Positions 28,772-39,158 of a stretch of DNA of 64,000 bases are shown here, in pieces. The stretch covers positions 4,352,001 through 4,416,000 of the forward strand of contig OZ219747.1 in assembly GCA_964291265.2 (NCBI GenBank), in the 5' to 3' direction. This DNA comes from Alphaproteobacteria bacterium. GTDB lineage: Bacteria; Pseudomonadota; Alphaproteobacteria; SP197. Within the stretch, counting starts at the first letter, position 1. Every line of letters starts with the position of its first letter. The position numbers were made by a program, and so were the translations under genes. The notes under the pieces were generated by a model. That model had not been told where the DNA came from. It made no database searches and saw nothing but the letters and a program-made list of their open reading frames with translations.

Positions 28772-29497
28772 ATGACAAGACTGGCGCTTGTGACCGGAGC
28801 ATCACGGGGTATCGGCAGGGGTATCGCGCACGCACTCGCTGCAGCAGGCTACCGGGTGGCGGCCAACTATCGGTCCAGTGACGATGCCGCCCGCAGCCTG
28901 ACGGAAGTACACGCCATCCCCGCCTACAAGTGGGATGTCGCTGACTACCAGGCCTCCAGGGAAGGAGTCGAGCGGGTGGTGGCCGATCACGGCGCCATCG
29001 ATATCCTGGTCAACAATGCGGGCATCTCTCCAGACCGCTTCATGCACAAGATGGGCGACGATGTCTGGCGACAGGTCATCGACACCAATCTCAACGGCTG
29101 CTTCAATGTCACCCGCCAGGTCATCGCACCCATGCGCAAGGCCGGTTTCGGACGTATCGTCAACATCGCATCACTGTCGGCCTTCGCCCCGAACCATGGC
29201 GAAACCGCCTACGGAGCCGCCAAGGGCGCCATCATCTCCTTCACCAAGGCGCTGGCGAAGGAGAGCATTGCCCGGGGAGTCACCGTCAACGCCGTGGCGC
29301 CTGGATACATCGACACGGACATGGTGCGTGTCGCTCCGCAGGACTGGCTCGACGATCTCGTCCGCCACCACATTCCGGCAGGGCGCCTCGGGCGGGTTGA
29401 GGATGTGGCGCGCTGCGTTCTCTTCCTCGTGGCCGACCAGGCCGATTTCATCACCGGCGCGACCTTGGACGTCAACGGCGGCCAGCTCATGCGGTGA
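28772..29497 (+). CDS. SDR, acetoacetyl-CoA reductase (PhbB/FabG-like)
   Basis: TGASRGIG, NNAGI, YGAAK, PGYIDTDMV. Confidence 0.88.
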   Translation: MTRLALVTGASRGIGRGIAHALAAAGYRVAANYRSSDDAARSLTEVHAIPAYKWDVADYQASREGVERVVADHGAIDILVNNAGISPDRFMHKMGDDVWRQVIDTNLNGCFNVTRQVIAPMRKAGFGRIVNIASLSAFAPNHGETAYGAAKGAIISFTKALAKESIARGVTVNAVAPGYIDTDMVRVAPQDWLDDLVRHHIPAGRLGRVEDVARCVLFLVADQADFITGATLDVNGGQLMR

Positions 29498-30497
29498 CGT
29501 GCATCGATGCCAGACGCTGGTTCATGATGGCCGCGGCATCAACCATGATCCGTTCGACGAGGTCCTCCACGTGAGGGACATCATGGATCAGACCAAGGAC
29601 CTGACCGGCGGACCAGATGCCGGACTCGAGTTCGCCTTCGTCGAACAGCCTGCGTCCTTCCGCGCCGGCGACAAGCGGCGCCAATTCCTCGATGGTCACA
29701 CCGCCTGGTCTCGCTTCGAGTTCCGCCACCTTTTGCGTGACGGAGTTGCGGAAGAAGCGGGCCGTGTTGCGGAAGCTGCGCAAGATGAGCTGGGTGTCGC
29801 GTTCCGTTGCCTGAACCGCGGCCTCCTTGACCCGATCGTGAATGGCGGCTTCCCGGGTGACCATGAAACGGGTGCCCATGTTGATGCCATCCGCACCCAG
29901 GGCCAGTGCCGCCACCAGCCCGCGGCCATCGGCGAATCCACCGGATGCGATGACCGGGATGGTGATCCGGTCGACAACCACCGGGATCAGCACGAGTCCC
30001 GGCACGTCATCCTCCCCGGGATGTCCGGCGCACTCGAAACCGTCGATGGCGATGGCATCGCAGCCGATTTTCTGGGCCTTGATGGCGTGGCGCAATGACG
30101 TGCACTTATGGATGAGAAGCGCCCCGGCAGTCCTGATCCTTGGCACAAAGCGCTCCGGGTTGTTGCCCGCGGTCTCGATGATCGTGACACCGGCCTCAAG
30201 GGCCGCATCGAGGTACTCCTCGTACGGCACCGGCTTCAGCGTCGGCAGGATCGTGAGGTTGACACCGAAGGGCTGGTCGGTGGAATCGCGCAGGCGGCCT
30301 ATCTCCCGCTGCAGTTCTTCCGGGTCGGGCTGGGTGAGCGCGGTCAGGAACCCGAGAACCCCGGCTTCGCAGACGGCCGCGACAAAGGGTGCACGGCCAA
30401 CATGAGTCATGCCCCCACAACACAGGGGGTGTCTGGAACCAAAGAGCTCGGTGAAGCGTGTCTTCAGCAACGAAGCCTCCTCCACATGGTGCCTCAT
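29487..30497 (-). CDS. Nitronate monooxygenase/FabK-like flavoprotein
   Basis: GFECAGHPG, IASGGFADGRGL, GADGINMGTRF. Confidence 0.9.
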   Translation of the reverse strand: MRHHVEEASLLKTRFTELFGSRHPLCCGGMTHVGRAPFVAAVCEAGVLGFLTALTQPDPEELQREIGRLRDSTDQPFGVNLTILPTLKPVPYEEYLDAALEAGVTIIETAGNNPERFVPRIRTAGALLIHKCTSLRHAIKAQKIGCDAIAIDGFECAGHPGEDDVPGLVLIPVVVDRITIPVIASGGFADGRGLVAALALGADGINMGTRFMVTREAAIHDRVKEAAVQATERDTQLILRSFRNTARFFRNSVTQKVAELEARPGGVTIEELAPLVAGAEGRRLFDEGELESGIWSAGQVLGLIHDVPHVEDLVERIMVDAAAIMNQRLASMHVTA

Positions 30498-32317
30498 GCC
30501 CGATCGGGCAGGGTTTCATCGAACTGCAACCGGGCAAGCCGCGCATAGCGGCCGTCGGCCGTCACGAGTTCTTCATGGCGACCGCTTTCGACGATCTGTC
30601 CCTCGTGCAGAACGATGATCCGGTCGGCCTTGAGGACGGTCGCCAGCCTGTGGGCAATGACCAGGGTTGTCCTCCCCGACATCAAGGTCTTCAGAGCTTT
30701 CTGAACTTGCCGTTCGCTTTCAGCATCAAGGGCGCTGGTCGCCTCGTCGAGAAGCAGCAGGGGCGCATCCTTCAGGATCGCCCGGGCAATGGCGATCCGT
30801 TGACGTTCGCCGACCGAAAGACGCGTTCCGCGTTCTCCGACAAAGGTGTCGTAGCCTTCCGCGAGGCGTTCGATGAACCCGGCAGCAAAGGCACTTCGGG
30901 CGGCGGCACGGACTTCACTCAAGGTCGCCCCGGGCCTGCCATAGCGGATGTTGTCGGCAATCGAGGCGCCGAAGATCACCGGCTCCTGGGGAACGAGGGC
31001 CATGCGCTGCCTCAGGCTGGCGACGGGGGCCTTTCGGACATCGACGCCATCCACGGAAACGGTGCCCTCCTGTGGGTCGTGGAATCGCAGGAGGAGACGA
31101 AACAGCGTGCTTTTTCCGGAGCCTGATTGCCCGACCAGGGCCACGGTCTCGTCACATTCGACTTCGAACGAGACACCGTTGAGGGCCGGTTCGTCGGGAC
31201 GTGCGTCGTAGCGGAAGACGACATCGCGAACATTGACGATACCCTGCGGCGGCTCAGGCAATGCCACTGGATTCGCCGACTCGCGTATGTCCGACCGCAC
31301 TTCGATCAATTCACTCAGGCGTTCCGCTGCGCCAGCGGCCCTCTGGAGTTCGCCCCAGATTTCACTCAGCACGCCGGCAGCGGCCGCCACGATCACCGCG
31401 TAGAAGACGAACGACGCCAGGTGTCCGCCACTGATGCGACCGGCAACGACGTCATGGCCTCCCATCCACAGGACGCCGGCAATCCCGCCGAACAGCAACA
31501 GGATGACACTGGAGAACAGGAAACTGCGGGCCGTGATGCGCCGCACCGCCGTGTGAAACGCCATCTCGACCGTATCGCCGAAACGCTGTCGCTCGAACGT
31601 CTCGCGGACGAAAGCCTGCACGGTGGGAACGGCATGCAGTGTTTCATCAACCCGGTGGCCGACATCGGCAAGGCGATCCTGTGACAGCCGTGACAGGCGG
31701 CGCACCCGGCGGCCAAACACCAGGACCGGCATCAGCACAACCGGCACCATGAGAACCACGATGGCTGTCAGCCGGGCGCTCGTCACTGCCAGCATGGTCG
31801 TGCCGCCGGCCAGCAGCAGGACATTGCGCAAGGCCATGGACACCGATGATCCGACCACCGTCTGCAGGATGGATGTATCCGTCACAAGCCTGGAATGCAC
31901 CTCGCCGATGCGGGTCACTTCGAAGAAGGTCGGCGACATGGCGATCATCCTGTCGAAGACGTCCCGGCGCAGATCCGCCACCACGCGTTCACCGATCCAG
32001 GAGACCAGCCACGATCGGGCAAAACTCGCGATGGCGAGGACGACGACAATGACCATGAGAACGACAAGGGCCTGGTCAAGGATTCCAGCATCGGTTTCGG
32101 CCAATCCCCGGTCGATCAGGACTCTCAACCCGACGCCAAGGCCCAGCACGGCCACCGCGGCGACGATCAGCGCCAGGACGGCGCCTGCCACCTGTACCCT
32201 GTAGGGTGCGAGGTAGGGCAGAAGGCGTCGCAGTTCGCCCAGATCACGACTGCCCTCGCGTTCCGATGACTCCGTCCTGCTGCCAGGGCGCCTGGTCTTT
32301 GGGCCTGATCTCGACAC
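30494..32317 (-). CDS. ABC exporter, fused permease/ATPase (MsbA-like)
   Basis: TM domain, GQSGSGKST, LSVGERQR, LLLDEATSALD. The GTG at 32317 follows a TTGTTG-17-TATAGC promoter-like motif; the ORF extends to 32353. Confidence 0.92.
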   Translation of the reverse strand: MSRSGPKTRRPGSRTESSEREGSRDLGELRRLLPYLAPYRVQVAGAVLALIVAAVAVLGLGVGLRVLIDRGLAETDAGILDQALVVLMVIVVVLAIASFARSWLVSWIGERVVADLRRDVFDRMIAMSPTFFEVTRIGEVHSRLVTDTSILQTVVGSSVSMALRNVLLLAGGTTMLAVTSARLTAIVVLMVPVVLMPVLVFGRRVRRLSRLSQDRLADVGHRVDETLHAVPTVQAFVRETFERQRFGDTVEMAFHTAVRRITARSFLFSSVILLLFGGIAGVLWMGGHDVVAGRISGGHLASFVFYAVIVAAAAGVLSEIWGELQRAAGAAERLSELIEVRSDIRESANPVALPEPPQGIVNVRDVVFRYDARPDEPALNGVSFEVECDETVALVGQSGSGKSTLFRLLLRFHDPQEGTVSVDGVDVRKAPVASLRQRMALVPQEPVIFGASIADNIRYGRPGATLSEVRAAARSAFAAGFIERLAEGYDTFVGERGTRLSVGERQRIAIARAILKDAPLLLLDEATSALDAESERQVQKALKTLMSGRTTLVIAHRLATVLKADRIIVLHEGQIVESGRHEELVTADGRYARLARLQFDETLPDRA

Positions 32318-32654
32318 AAGCGCTGCTATATCAGCGGTCAGCCGGGCCAACAAGTGACCAGGTCAGGGGCGCAGTGTCGTTTCCCGGTCCTTCTTGACGG
32401 GGATGTCGGCGGAAGCCGGGGGTTCGCTCGCCCCCCGAATCATGTCGGACACTTGTTCGCCGATCACGATGGTGCGGAGTCGCTGTGCGGCGGTGACGGG
32501 GACAAGCCCGTGGGGGGAACCGAAGGGGCTCGTTGGCGGAACCGGCATCGGGCACCATGGTGGCAGGCCAGCACTCACGACACATGAAACCTCACCGACA
32601 ACGATGCCTCCGACAGTGGCGAGATCATGGTCGGACCGCCAATCACCACTGACC

Positions 32655-32683
32655 TTGCATGCAGGGAGGTGGTTGCCTATAAA
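32655..32683 (+). promoter_or_regulatory. Putative rpmE promoter
   Basis: TTGCAT, 17 bp, TATAAA. Confidence 0.5.
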
Positions 32684-32709
32684 TCGATGCCGCACCACGG
32701 GGGGTTGCC

Positions 32710-32934
32710 ATGAAGGACGGAATTCATCCTGACTATCACGACATCAGGATCGTCATGACCGACGGCACGGAATTCGTGACTCGCTCCACGTGGGGTAGCG
32801 AAGGCGCCACCATGACGCTGGAAATCGACCCGCTCTCCCATCCCGCCTGGACCGGGGGAAGCCAGCGACTCGTCGATACCGGCGGACAGGTGGCGCGGTT
32901 TTCCAAACGATTCGGACATCTCAAACTGGGCTGA
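32710..32934 (+). CDS. rpmE: 50S ribosomal protein L31
   Basis: [10 protein letters not shown]...TRSTWG...[12 protein letters not shown]...GGQVARF. Confidence 0.97.
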   Translation: MKDGIHPDYHDIRIVMTDGTEFVTRSTWGSEGATMTLEIDPLSHPAWTGGSQRLVDTGGQVARFSKRFGHLKLG

Positions 32935-32967
32935 GCCAAGGAGGAGGGTCCGGCCGAGAGGCTCTTC

Positions 32968-33849
32968 ATGTCACGGCCCGTCATCATCACGTGCGCGGTC
33001 ACCGGTGGCGGTGACACCGTTTCGAGAAGCGACAAGGTCCCGGTCACGCCGGAACAGATCGCCAAGGCCGCCATTGATGCCGGCAAGGCCGGTGCGGCGA
33101 TCTGCCATATCCACGTTCGCGATCCCGAAACCGGCGCGCCATCGATGAGGCAGGACCTCTACTCCGAAGTCGCCGGCCGCATCCGTGATTCCGACAGTAC
33201 GATTGTCATCAACCTGACGACCGGACCGGGAGCCGGGTTCATTCCGTCGGCTGACGCCCCCTCACGCACCGCGGTGCCGGGATCGTTCCGCACTCCCGGA
33301 GAACGGGTCCGCCATGTGGAAAAACTGTTGCCCGAGGTGTGCAGCCTCGACGTGGCAACGATGAACTTCGGCGAGCGCGCCTTCGTCAATGTCCCGGCAC
33401 ACTTGCAGGAAATGGCCGGGCGCATCCGCTCTGTCGGCGTCAAACCCGAACTCGAGGTGTTCGATGCCGGCCACCTCAGGCTCGCCAGGCGCATGGTCGA
33501 CGACGGCCTCATCGATTCCCCGCCGATGTTCCAGTTGTGCATGGGCATCCCCTGGGGAGCGCCGGCCGCCGCCGAAACCGTGACCTATCTTCGTTCGATG
33601 CTGCCCGACGGCGCCCTGTGGGCCGGATTCGGCATTTCACGGCTGCAGATGCCCATGGTCGCGGAAGTGGTGAACCAGGGCGGTCATGTCCGGGTCGGCC
33701 TGGAGGACAACCTCTACCTGGAACGGGGTGTTCTGGCGACCAATGCCGAACTCGTCGAGAAGGCAGGCGGCATCATCTCCATGCTCGGCTGCCGCGTCGC
33801 AACATCCGACGAGGCACGATCCATGCTCGGCCTCAGGGGCACCCAGTGA
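32968..33849 (+). CDS. 3-keto-5-aminohexanoate cleavage enzyme family (BKACE, DUF849)
   Basis: IITCAVTG, HIHVRDP, KPELEVFD, HVRVGLEDN. Confidence 0.93.
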   Translation: MSRPVIITCAVTGGGDTVSRSDKVPVTPEQIAKAAIDAGKAGAAICHIHVRDPETGAPSMRQDLYSEVAGRIRDSDSTIVINLTTGPGAGFIPSADAPSRTAVPGSFRTPGERVRHVEKLLPEVCSLDVATMNFGERAFVNVPAHLQEMAGRIRSVGVKPELEVFDAGHLRLARRMVDDGLIDSPPMFQLCMGIPWGAPAAAETVTYLRSMLPDGALWAGFGISRLQMPMVAEVVNQGGHVRVGLEDNLYLERGVLATNAELVEKAGGIISMLGCRVATSDEARSMLGLRGTQ

Positions 33850-34604
33850 TCAATTGCGATCTTGCCGGTACGCGCAGTCTCGTCACAGGTGCCGCCTCCG
33901 GTATCGGTCTGGCGACAGCGACGCTCCTTGCCCGTTGCGGTTCCCGCGTGGCACTCAACGACCTTCCCGGCAACCCGCATCTCGCCAGGGAGGTGACGCG
34001 CCTGCGGGACGCAGGACTGGATGTCATGGCGGCGCCCGGTGATGTCGGGGACGCGCGTGGCTGCGAGGCCATGGTTTCGGGCACCATCGATGCACTCGGC
34101 GGACTCGACCATCTTGTGAACAATGCCGGTACGCCGGCGACATCAAGCCCGGTGCCGCCCCGGGATCTTGACGCCATCGACGAGGACATGTGGCTGAAGG
34201 TGCTGTCAGTCAATCTCGTCGGTCCCTATCGGTGCGCCCGCGCCGCTGCCGCGGCCCTGCGACAGGGTGGCGGGGCGATCGTCAACACCTGTTCGGTGGC
34301 CGGTCTTACGGGAGTCGGCTCATCGACGGCCTATGCAGCATCGAAGGCCGGCCTCATCAACCTGACGCAGGCCCTGGCCAAGGCTCTGGCGCCGGAGGTG
34401 CGGGTCAATGCCGTCGCCCCTGGCGTGGTGGACAGTCCCTGGGAATGCCGCTGGTCCGAGGAAGGCAACCAGGAGCGCCTCACACGTGTCCCTCTGAACC
34501 GGGCCGGTCAACCCGATGACTTCGCCGAGAGCATTCTCTTCCTCGCCCACGCTTCGTACATCACCGGCCACACGCTCGTGGTCGACGGCGGCATGACTGC
34601 CTGA
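33846..34604 (+). CDS. SDR family oxidoreductase
   Basis: TGAASGIG, NNAG, YAASK; GTGA overlap with the upstream gene. Confidence 0.9.
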   Translation: MINCDLAGTRSLVTGAASGIGLATATLLARCGSRVALNDLPGNPHLAREVTRLRDAGLDVMAAPGDVGDARGCEAMVSGTIDALGGLDHLVNNAGTPATSSPVPPRDLDAIDEDMWLKVLSVNLVGPYRCARAAAAALRQGGGAIVNTCSVAGLTGVGSSTAYAASKAGLINLTQALAKALAPEVRVNAVAPGVVDSPWECRWSEEGNQERLTRVPLNRAGQPDDFAESILFLAHASYITGHTLVVDGGMTA

Positions 34605-34640
34605 ACCGTTTCATCGGCGCACAGTTGCGCCTGAACGGGT

Positions 34641-35603
34641 TCAGATGTCGAGGGTCAGCATCGGCGAACGGGCGCGGCTGCAGCAAACCATGATGAACTC
34701 GCCACGCGCCTTTTCCTCGTCGTCAAGCACGAAGTCCCGGTGATCGGGCTCTCCGTCGAGCAGCACCGTGGCACAGGTACCACAGATTCCTTCCTCGCAC
34801 ATGGTTTCGACATCAAGGCCGTTGGCGCGCAGCACCTCGACGATTGTGCGGTCCGCCGGCACGTCGAGCACTGTGCCGGTGCTGGCGATCTTCACCTGGA
34901 AGGCCGCGTTCTCGTCGTGTTCGACGGATTCGTCGACAGAAAAGTACTCGAAGTGAACGGTGTGCCGAGGCCAGTGGGCGAGGGCCGCCTCACAGGCGTG
35001 CATGAACCCCGCAGGACCGCAATAGTAGACATGCGTTCCCGGGCGCACCTCCTTGAGGAGACCGGTGATGTCAAGGCCGTCGGCGGGATTGCCATTGTCA
35101 TGGTGGAAGATCACGCGATCGGCAAAATCCGATTGCGCGATATCGGTCCGGAAGGCCGTGCGTTCCGGTGAACGCGTGCAGTAGTGCATATCGAAGGAGG
35201 CTCCGCGCCCTGCAAGATCACGAGCCATGGCCATCATCGGTGTCACACCGATACCGCCGGCCAGCAGGATGTGATGGCGTGCATCGGCCGCCAGGGGAAA
35301 GTTGTTGCGTGGACCGTGGATCGTCAGGTGATCCCCCGGGCGAACTCGATCGTGCATGCACGTGGACCCGCCCCGGCTCTCCGGCTCACGCAGAACTCCG
35401 ACGACATAGCGGTCCACGTCCCGCGGATCACTCGAGATCGAGTACTGCCGGACGAGACCGTTGGGCAACTCGATGTCGACATGGGCCCCGGCCGCAAACA
35501 TCGGCAGCAGGCGGCCTTCAGGATCCACCAGCTCGTAGGAGCGGATGTCTATCGCCTCGTCGATGACCCTGTTCACCTTCAGGGTCAATGCCACACCACT
35601 CAT
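34641..35603 (-). CDS. PDR/VanB family oxidoreductase (FMN, NADH, 2Fe-2S)
   Basis: RQYSI, SRGGS, AGGIGVTP, YYCGPAGFM, CEEGICGTC...CC. Confidence 0.95.
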   Translation of the reverse strand: MSGVALTLKVNRVIDEAIDIRSYELVDPEGRLLPMFAAGAHVDIELPNGLVRQYSISSDPRDVDRYVVGVLREPESRGGSTCMHDRVRPGDHLTIHGPRNNFPLAADARHHILLAGGIGVTPMMAMARDLAGRGASFDMHYCTRSPERTAFRTDIAQSDFADRVIFHHDNGNPADGLDITGLLKEVRPGTHVYYCGPAGFMHACEAALAHWPRHTVHFEYFSVDESVEHDENAAFQVKIASTGTVLDVPADRTIVEVLRANGLDVETMCEEGICGTCATVLLDGEPDHRDFVLDDEEKARGEFIMVCCSRARSPMLTLDI

Positions 35604-35705
35604 CGGGATTGTCTCCGTTTCCTCAAGCGGGCTGCACCACTATCACGGTGCCGGCCTCTCGTGCCATGACAACGTGCGGCCTGTTTGCCTCCGGCAGGGA
35701 GATCG

Positions 35706-37214
35706 TCAGGCGGCAGCCAGACGACTGGCGTACTGGGGATAGAACCTCTTCGGTTTCACCGGCGCCGTGACGGAACACTGCTTGACTGCCGCCACCGCGT
35801 GGACCCAGTTCAGCGGTTTCCGGCAGAACCGGTATTCCTCCAGGGCAGCCTGCTGGATCTTGTAGCCATGCATTTCGGAGGCGTCCTCGCGGCACGCCAG
35901 GCGCGTCGCAAGGGTGAAGAGATCATCGGTATCGTAACCCGCCTGGACGTAGGTGCGAGCGAGATCCACGATGTCCCGGACCGCATCCGGGGCCACCAGT
36001 TCATTGATCGGAACCTCGAGTCTTGTGACATCATGGCCATCGAGAGTGACGATCGCTTCCTCGATCCGCTCGAGCAGGACGTTCGCCGGTTCCATGACAG
36101 CGGGCTTCCTGCCCTGCCAGTCCCATGTCAGGGTGGCGTCGAGATAGCGAATCTCGTAACTCCATGCCCAACCGAGCAGCGCCAGGCACTTCGAGCGGAA
36201 AGAGACCTCCGGAAAACCGATCACGTAGCGCCGGGCGGAGATTCCGGTGTGAATGTGTACGTCGAAAGGATTGGCGGTGTGGGAACGCAGGAAGATCCTG
36301 GCTCCACCGATGGAGAGTGCTTCGCAGGTTCCCTCCAGTGACAGGCCGCCTCCCATGGTTTCGGCGACCATGCCTGGCAGTTCCGCAATCGACGCAACAG
36401 AGCCCACCCTGTCGGCAAACTCTCCGATCGCCGCCGTCTCGGACGGACCGGTCTTCAGGGGTACGGTGTCCGGTGTGAGCCGGAAGGTGTCCATCAATGC
36501 ATCGAGTTCACCGAGCCTGTGGTGAAAGGCAATGCCGTCGTCAATAGCCTGCTGGTCGAACTCGCCGAAGGAGGAGAACGGAGCATGCCGTGCCAGGTAT
36601 CTCACCACCGGGCGCAGCAGCACCGGTCCCCATTGCCAGCCGATCCGGTCAAGGGCGCGCATGGCGTAGACAAGGTAGAGGAAATAGTGATCGTCCAGCA
36701 CATTGCGCTCGAGCGCCACCGGCAGCAGGCAATCGAGGATCCGGCCAGGTGACACGGTCTCGCAAGCCAGGGTCAGCGCCCTTTCGGCAAGACGCTGTTC
36801 ATGGGCCCGGACGGAGCTCGCGAGCCGTTCGAGTGTTCTTTCCGGGCTGAGGTCGCGATTGAGGTCGTCGAAACGCACCATGACTGTCGGCCCCATGGAC
36901 GGCAGGTGAATGTGCTTGCAGGCCAGTGCCACGCTCTGGACGGCGGGCAGTTGTCTGTTCTCGCCATCGAGCCGGTCCATCATCGACAGCACGGCGTGAA
37001 TGCCCGCCACGGGATGAATCGGTCCGCCATGGTGTCCGGATGGAAGTTCGCTCGCCCGTGAGACCGCCAGGGCCGCAGCAACCACGAGATCGTGCTCATC
37101 CTCACCCTCCTCCAGGCGGTCGAGTGTCCTGTCCACGATGTCGGCAGGACGGGTCTCCTCGATGAAGCGTACCCGCTCCTCGACATCGGGGCCAAAGCTG
37201 ACGAGATGTACCAT
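35706..37214 (-). CDS. Hypothetical 502-aa helical protein with repeated His motifs
   Basis: Long ORF with coding-like composition and RBS ggagg; motifs GHHGGPIH, DDHYF, DVHIHTG, EMHGYK; no family recognised with certainty. Confidence 0.8.
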   Translation of the reverse strand: MVHLVSFGPDVEERVRFIEETRPADIVDRTLDRLEEGEDEHDLVVAAALAVSRASELPSGHHGGPIHPVAGIHAVLSMMDRLDGENRQLPAVQSVALACKHIHLPSMGPTVMVRFDDLNRDLSPERTLERLASSVRAHEQRLAERALTLACETVSPGRILDCLLPVALERNVLDDHYFLYLVYAMRALDRIGWQWGPVLLRPVVRYLARHAPFSSFGEFDQQAIDDGIAFHHRLGELDALMDTFRLTPDTVPLKTGPSETAAIGEFADRVGSVASIAELPGMVAETMGGGLSLEGTCEALSIGGARIFLRSHTANPFDVHIHTGISARRYVIGFPEVSFRSKCLALLGWAWSYEIRYLDATLTWDWQGRKPAVMEPANVLLERIEEAIVTLDGHDVTRLEVPINELVAPDAVRDIVDLARTYVQAGYDTDDLFTLATRLACREDASEMHGYKIQQAALEEYRFCRKPLNWVHAVAAVKQCSVTAPVKPKRFYPQYASRLAAA

Positions 37215-37363
37215 GGGGCATCCTCCCGACTGCTGGATGAAGCGTCAGTGCACTATGGACCGGAATGCCAGAGATGTTGATCTTTTTTTGTGGGCCGCCA
37301 GGCGTTGACGCCGGGCCGCGACCGGTGCCATGACACACTCGGCGGACGTGACGCGAAAGGAGT

Positions 37364-37840
37364 GTGGCCAAGGTGACTCACCCCATGACACGAGAGGGCT
37401 TTGAACGCCTGTCCCTTGAGTTGAAACGCCTCAAGAACAGCGAGCGCCACGAGATTTCCCGGGCTATCGAGGCGGCGCGTGAGCACGGTGACCTCAAGGA
37501 AAATGCCGAGTATCATGCGGCCAAGGACCGTCAGGGATTCGTGGAGGCGCGCATCAGGCAGCTTGAAGGCGTCCTCGGCGAGGCGCAGGTCATCAACCCG
37601 GACCGGCAGCCCCGGGACAGGGTCGCCTTCGGAGCCCGTGTGACGGTGGTCGACCTCGATACGGGAGGCGAGGCGTCATACCGCATCGTCGGTGAACACG
37701 AGGCCGACACCGACGAGGGGCTGATCTCCATCAGGAGTCCGATCGCGCGGGCCCTCATGGGGCGGGAATCGGGGGATGACGTCTCCTTCGCGACACCCAA
37801 GGGACAACGGGAAATCGAGATCACGGCCATCGACTACTGA
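37364..37840 (+). CDS. greA: Transcription elongation factor GreA
   Basis: AREHGDLKENAEYHAAK, ISIRSPIARALMG. Confidence 0.97.
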   Translation: MAKVTHPMTREGFERLSLELKRLKNSERHEISRAIEAAREHGDLKENAEYHAAKDRQGFVEARIRQLEGVLGEAQVINPDRQPRDRVAFGARVTVVDLDTGGEASYRIVGEHEADTDEGLISIRSPIARALMGRESGDDVSFATPKGQREIEITAIDY

Positions 37841-37858
37841 CCGCGTCGAGGCAACTGT

Positions 37859-38242
37859 TCAGGATGCGCGGTCGCGGGAGCCCGACTTGGCGACGTAGGC
37901 AATGTCGCTGTGTTCCTGACAGTAGGGTTTTCCCGGGACCACGGCCTTGCCGCAAAAGTAGAAGTCTTCCTCGTCGGGATTGCCAAACGGCCAGCGGCAC
38001 AGGTGGGCCGTCAACTCGATGATGTCGGTGATGCGCTGCCTTTTCATCCGGGGAGACCCGGTCACCGACTTCTTTTCGCCTGCCCTGACGATCGGCGATG
38101 GTCGCGCCGGAAGCTTGAGGCGGCGCGACTTGCCGATCACCGCGTTCTTGGAAACGCCGAGTTCCTTGCCAATGACCGATGCGCTGGTGCCCTTGGCCCA
38201 CAACTCCTCCAGCCGGCGGATCATATCGTCACTCCAGACCAT
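37859..38242 (-). CDS. gcrA: GcrA cell-cycle regulator
   Basis: MVWSDDMIRRLEELWAKG.SAS.I...LGVSKNAVIGK, CRWPFGNP, FYFCG, PYCQEH. Confidence 0.93.
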   Translation of the reverse strand: MVWSDDMIRRLEELWAKGTSASVIGKELGVSKNAVIGKSRRLKLPARPSPIVRAGEKKSVTGSPRMKRQRITDIIELTAHLCRWPFGNPDEEDFYFCGKAVVPGKPYCQEHSDIAYVAKSGSRDRAS

Positions 38243-38550
38243 CGCCTCGCTCCACCATATCCTGACACGTGAAGCAGCCATCAATAGGTCAGGTCGCCCC
38301 CGCGGTCCATACCGTAGTGCCGAACCGCAGGCGCGCCGGTGACCGCAATGCCACCGGACCTGACAGGTTCGACGCGATACCCAGGCCGAAGTGAGAGCGA
38401 CAGTGCATGAGGACCACGCTCAACAGACATGCCAGCGATGCGACTCGGCATAGAGGTTCCGGAGAACGTGACGTGGGCTGCAGGACCATCCCACGCTTGA
38501 TTCCTCTTGGGCGTCGGGCATCCAGGCGTTTCACGCGCGCAGATGTCGGC

Positions 38551-38715
38551 AGTCTCGCGCTCGGGTTGAGTCCCTGCCGATGATCGGCAGGCTGCTCCAG
38601 CACAGCCAGGTCGAAAGCAGTGCCCGGTACGCCCACCTGGCACACGATTCCTTGCAAGAGGCGGCTGCACGGGTGTTTGCCAACATCGCCGAGGATGTGG
38701 TGCAGGAAGTACCCG
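38551..38715 (+). pseudogene. Tyrosine integrase C-terminal remnant
   Basis: LALG / ESLPMIGRLLQHSQVESSARYAHLAHDS is box II with the catalytic Tyr; frameshifted and the upstream part is missing. Confidence 0.8.
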
Positions 38716-38882
38716 CAAGCACTGTGTCGGACCGGCCCGGCCGGCCTGCGGGGAAAGTCGCCAAGAGGAGCGTGGCAGGCGTTGGAGTGATGCTCTCCTC
38801 GGTGGCGATGCCCGTTGCCGCGCACAGCGTGGTGAAACCGTGGCGCACGGATCCGCCACATCGGCCGGGAGTGGTTCGGTGC

Positions 38883-39158
38883 TTACACCGATTCGGCGCG
38901 GATATCGAGAAGGCTGCGCGCCTCGCGCCCGCAGGCCACGCCGACGAGGTGGACCGCATTGCCATGGTCGCGGTAGGTCTCGGCATTGCCCCGCTCGCGC
39001 ATCTGCGCCAGCGCCGCGGCGCCGCCCCCCTCGCCCTCGGCCATCGTGAACTCCGGCACGAAGACCTGATCGCCGAGGCGCACCACCATGTCCGCACGAA
39101 CGCGGTGCGAGGCCTCGTCGCGCGCCAGGTCGCCCTTGAGGGGATGCAGCCGGAACAT
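38883..39158 (-). pseudogene. Remnant of the PD-(D/E)XK (PDDEXK_9-like) C-terminal domain of an AAA-ATPase-like protein, preceded by a HigB-like peptide
   Basis: RADMVVRLGDQVFVPEFTMAE...ALAQMRERGNAETYRD...VHLVGV (decayed EFK and GYA.KY motifs); starts with FRLHPLKGDL. Confidence 0.65.
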
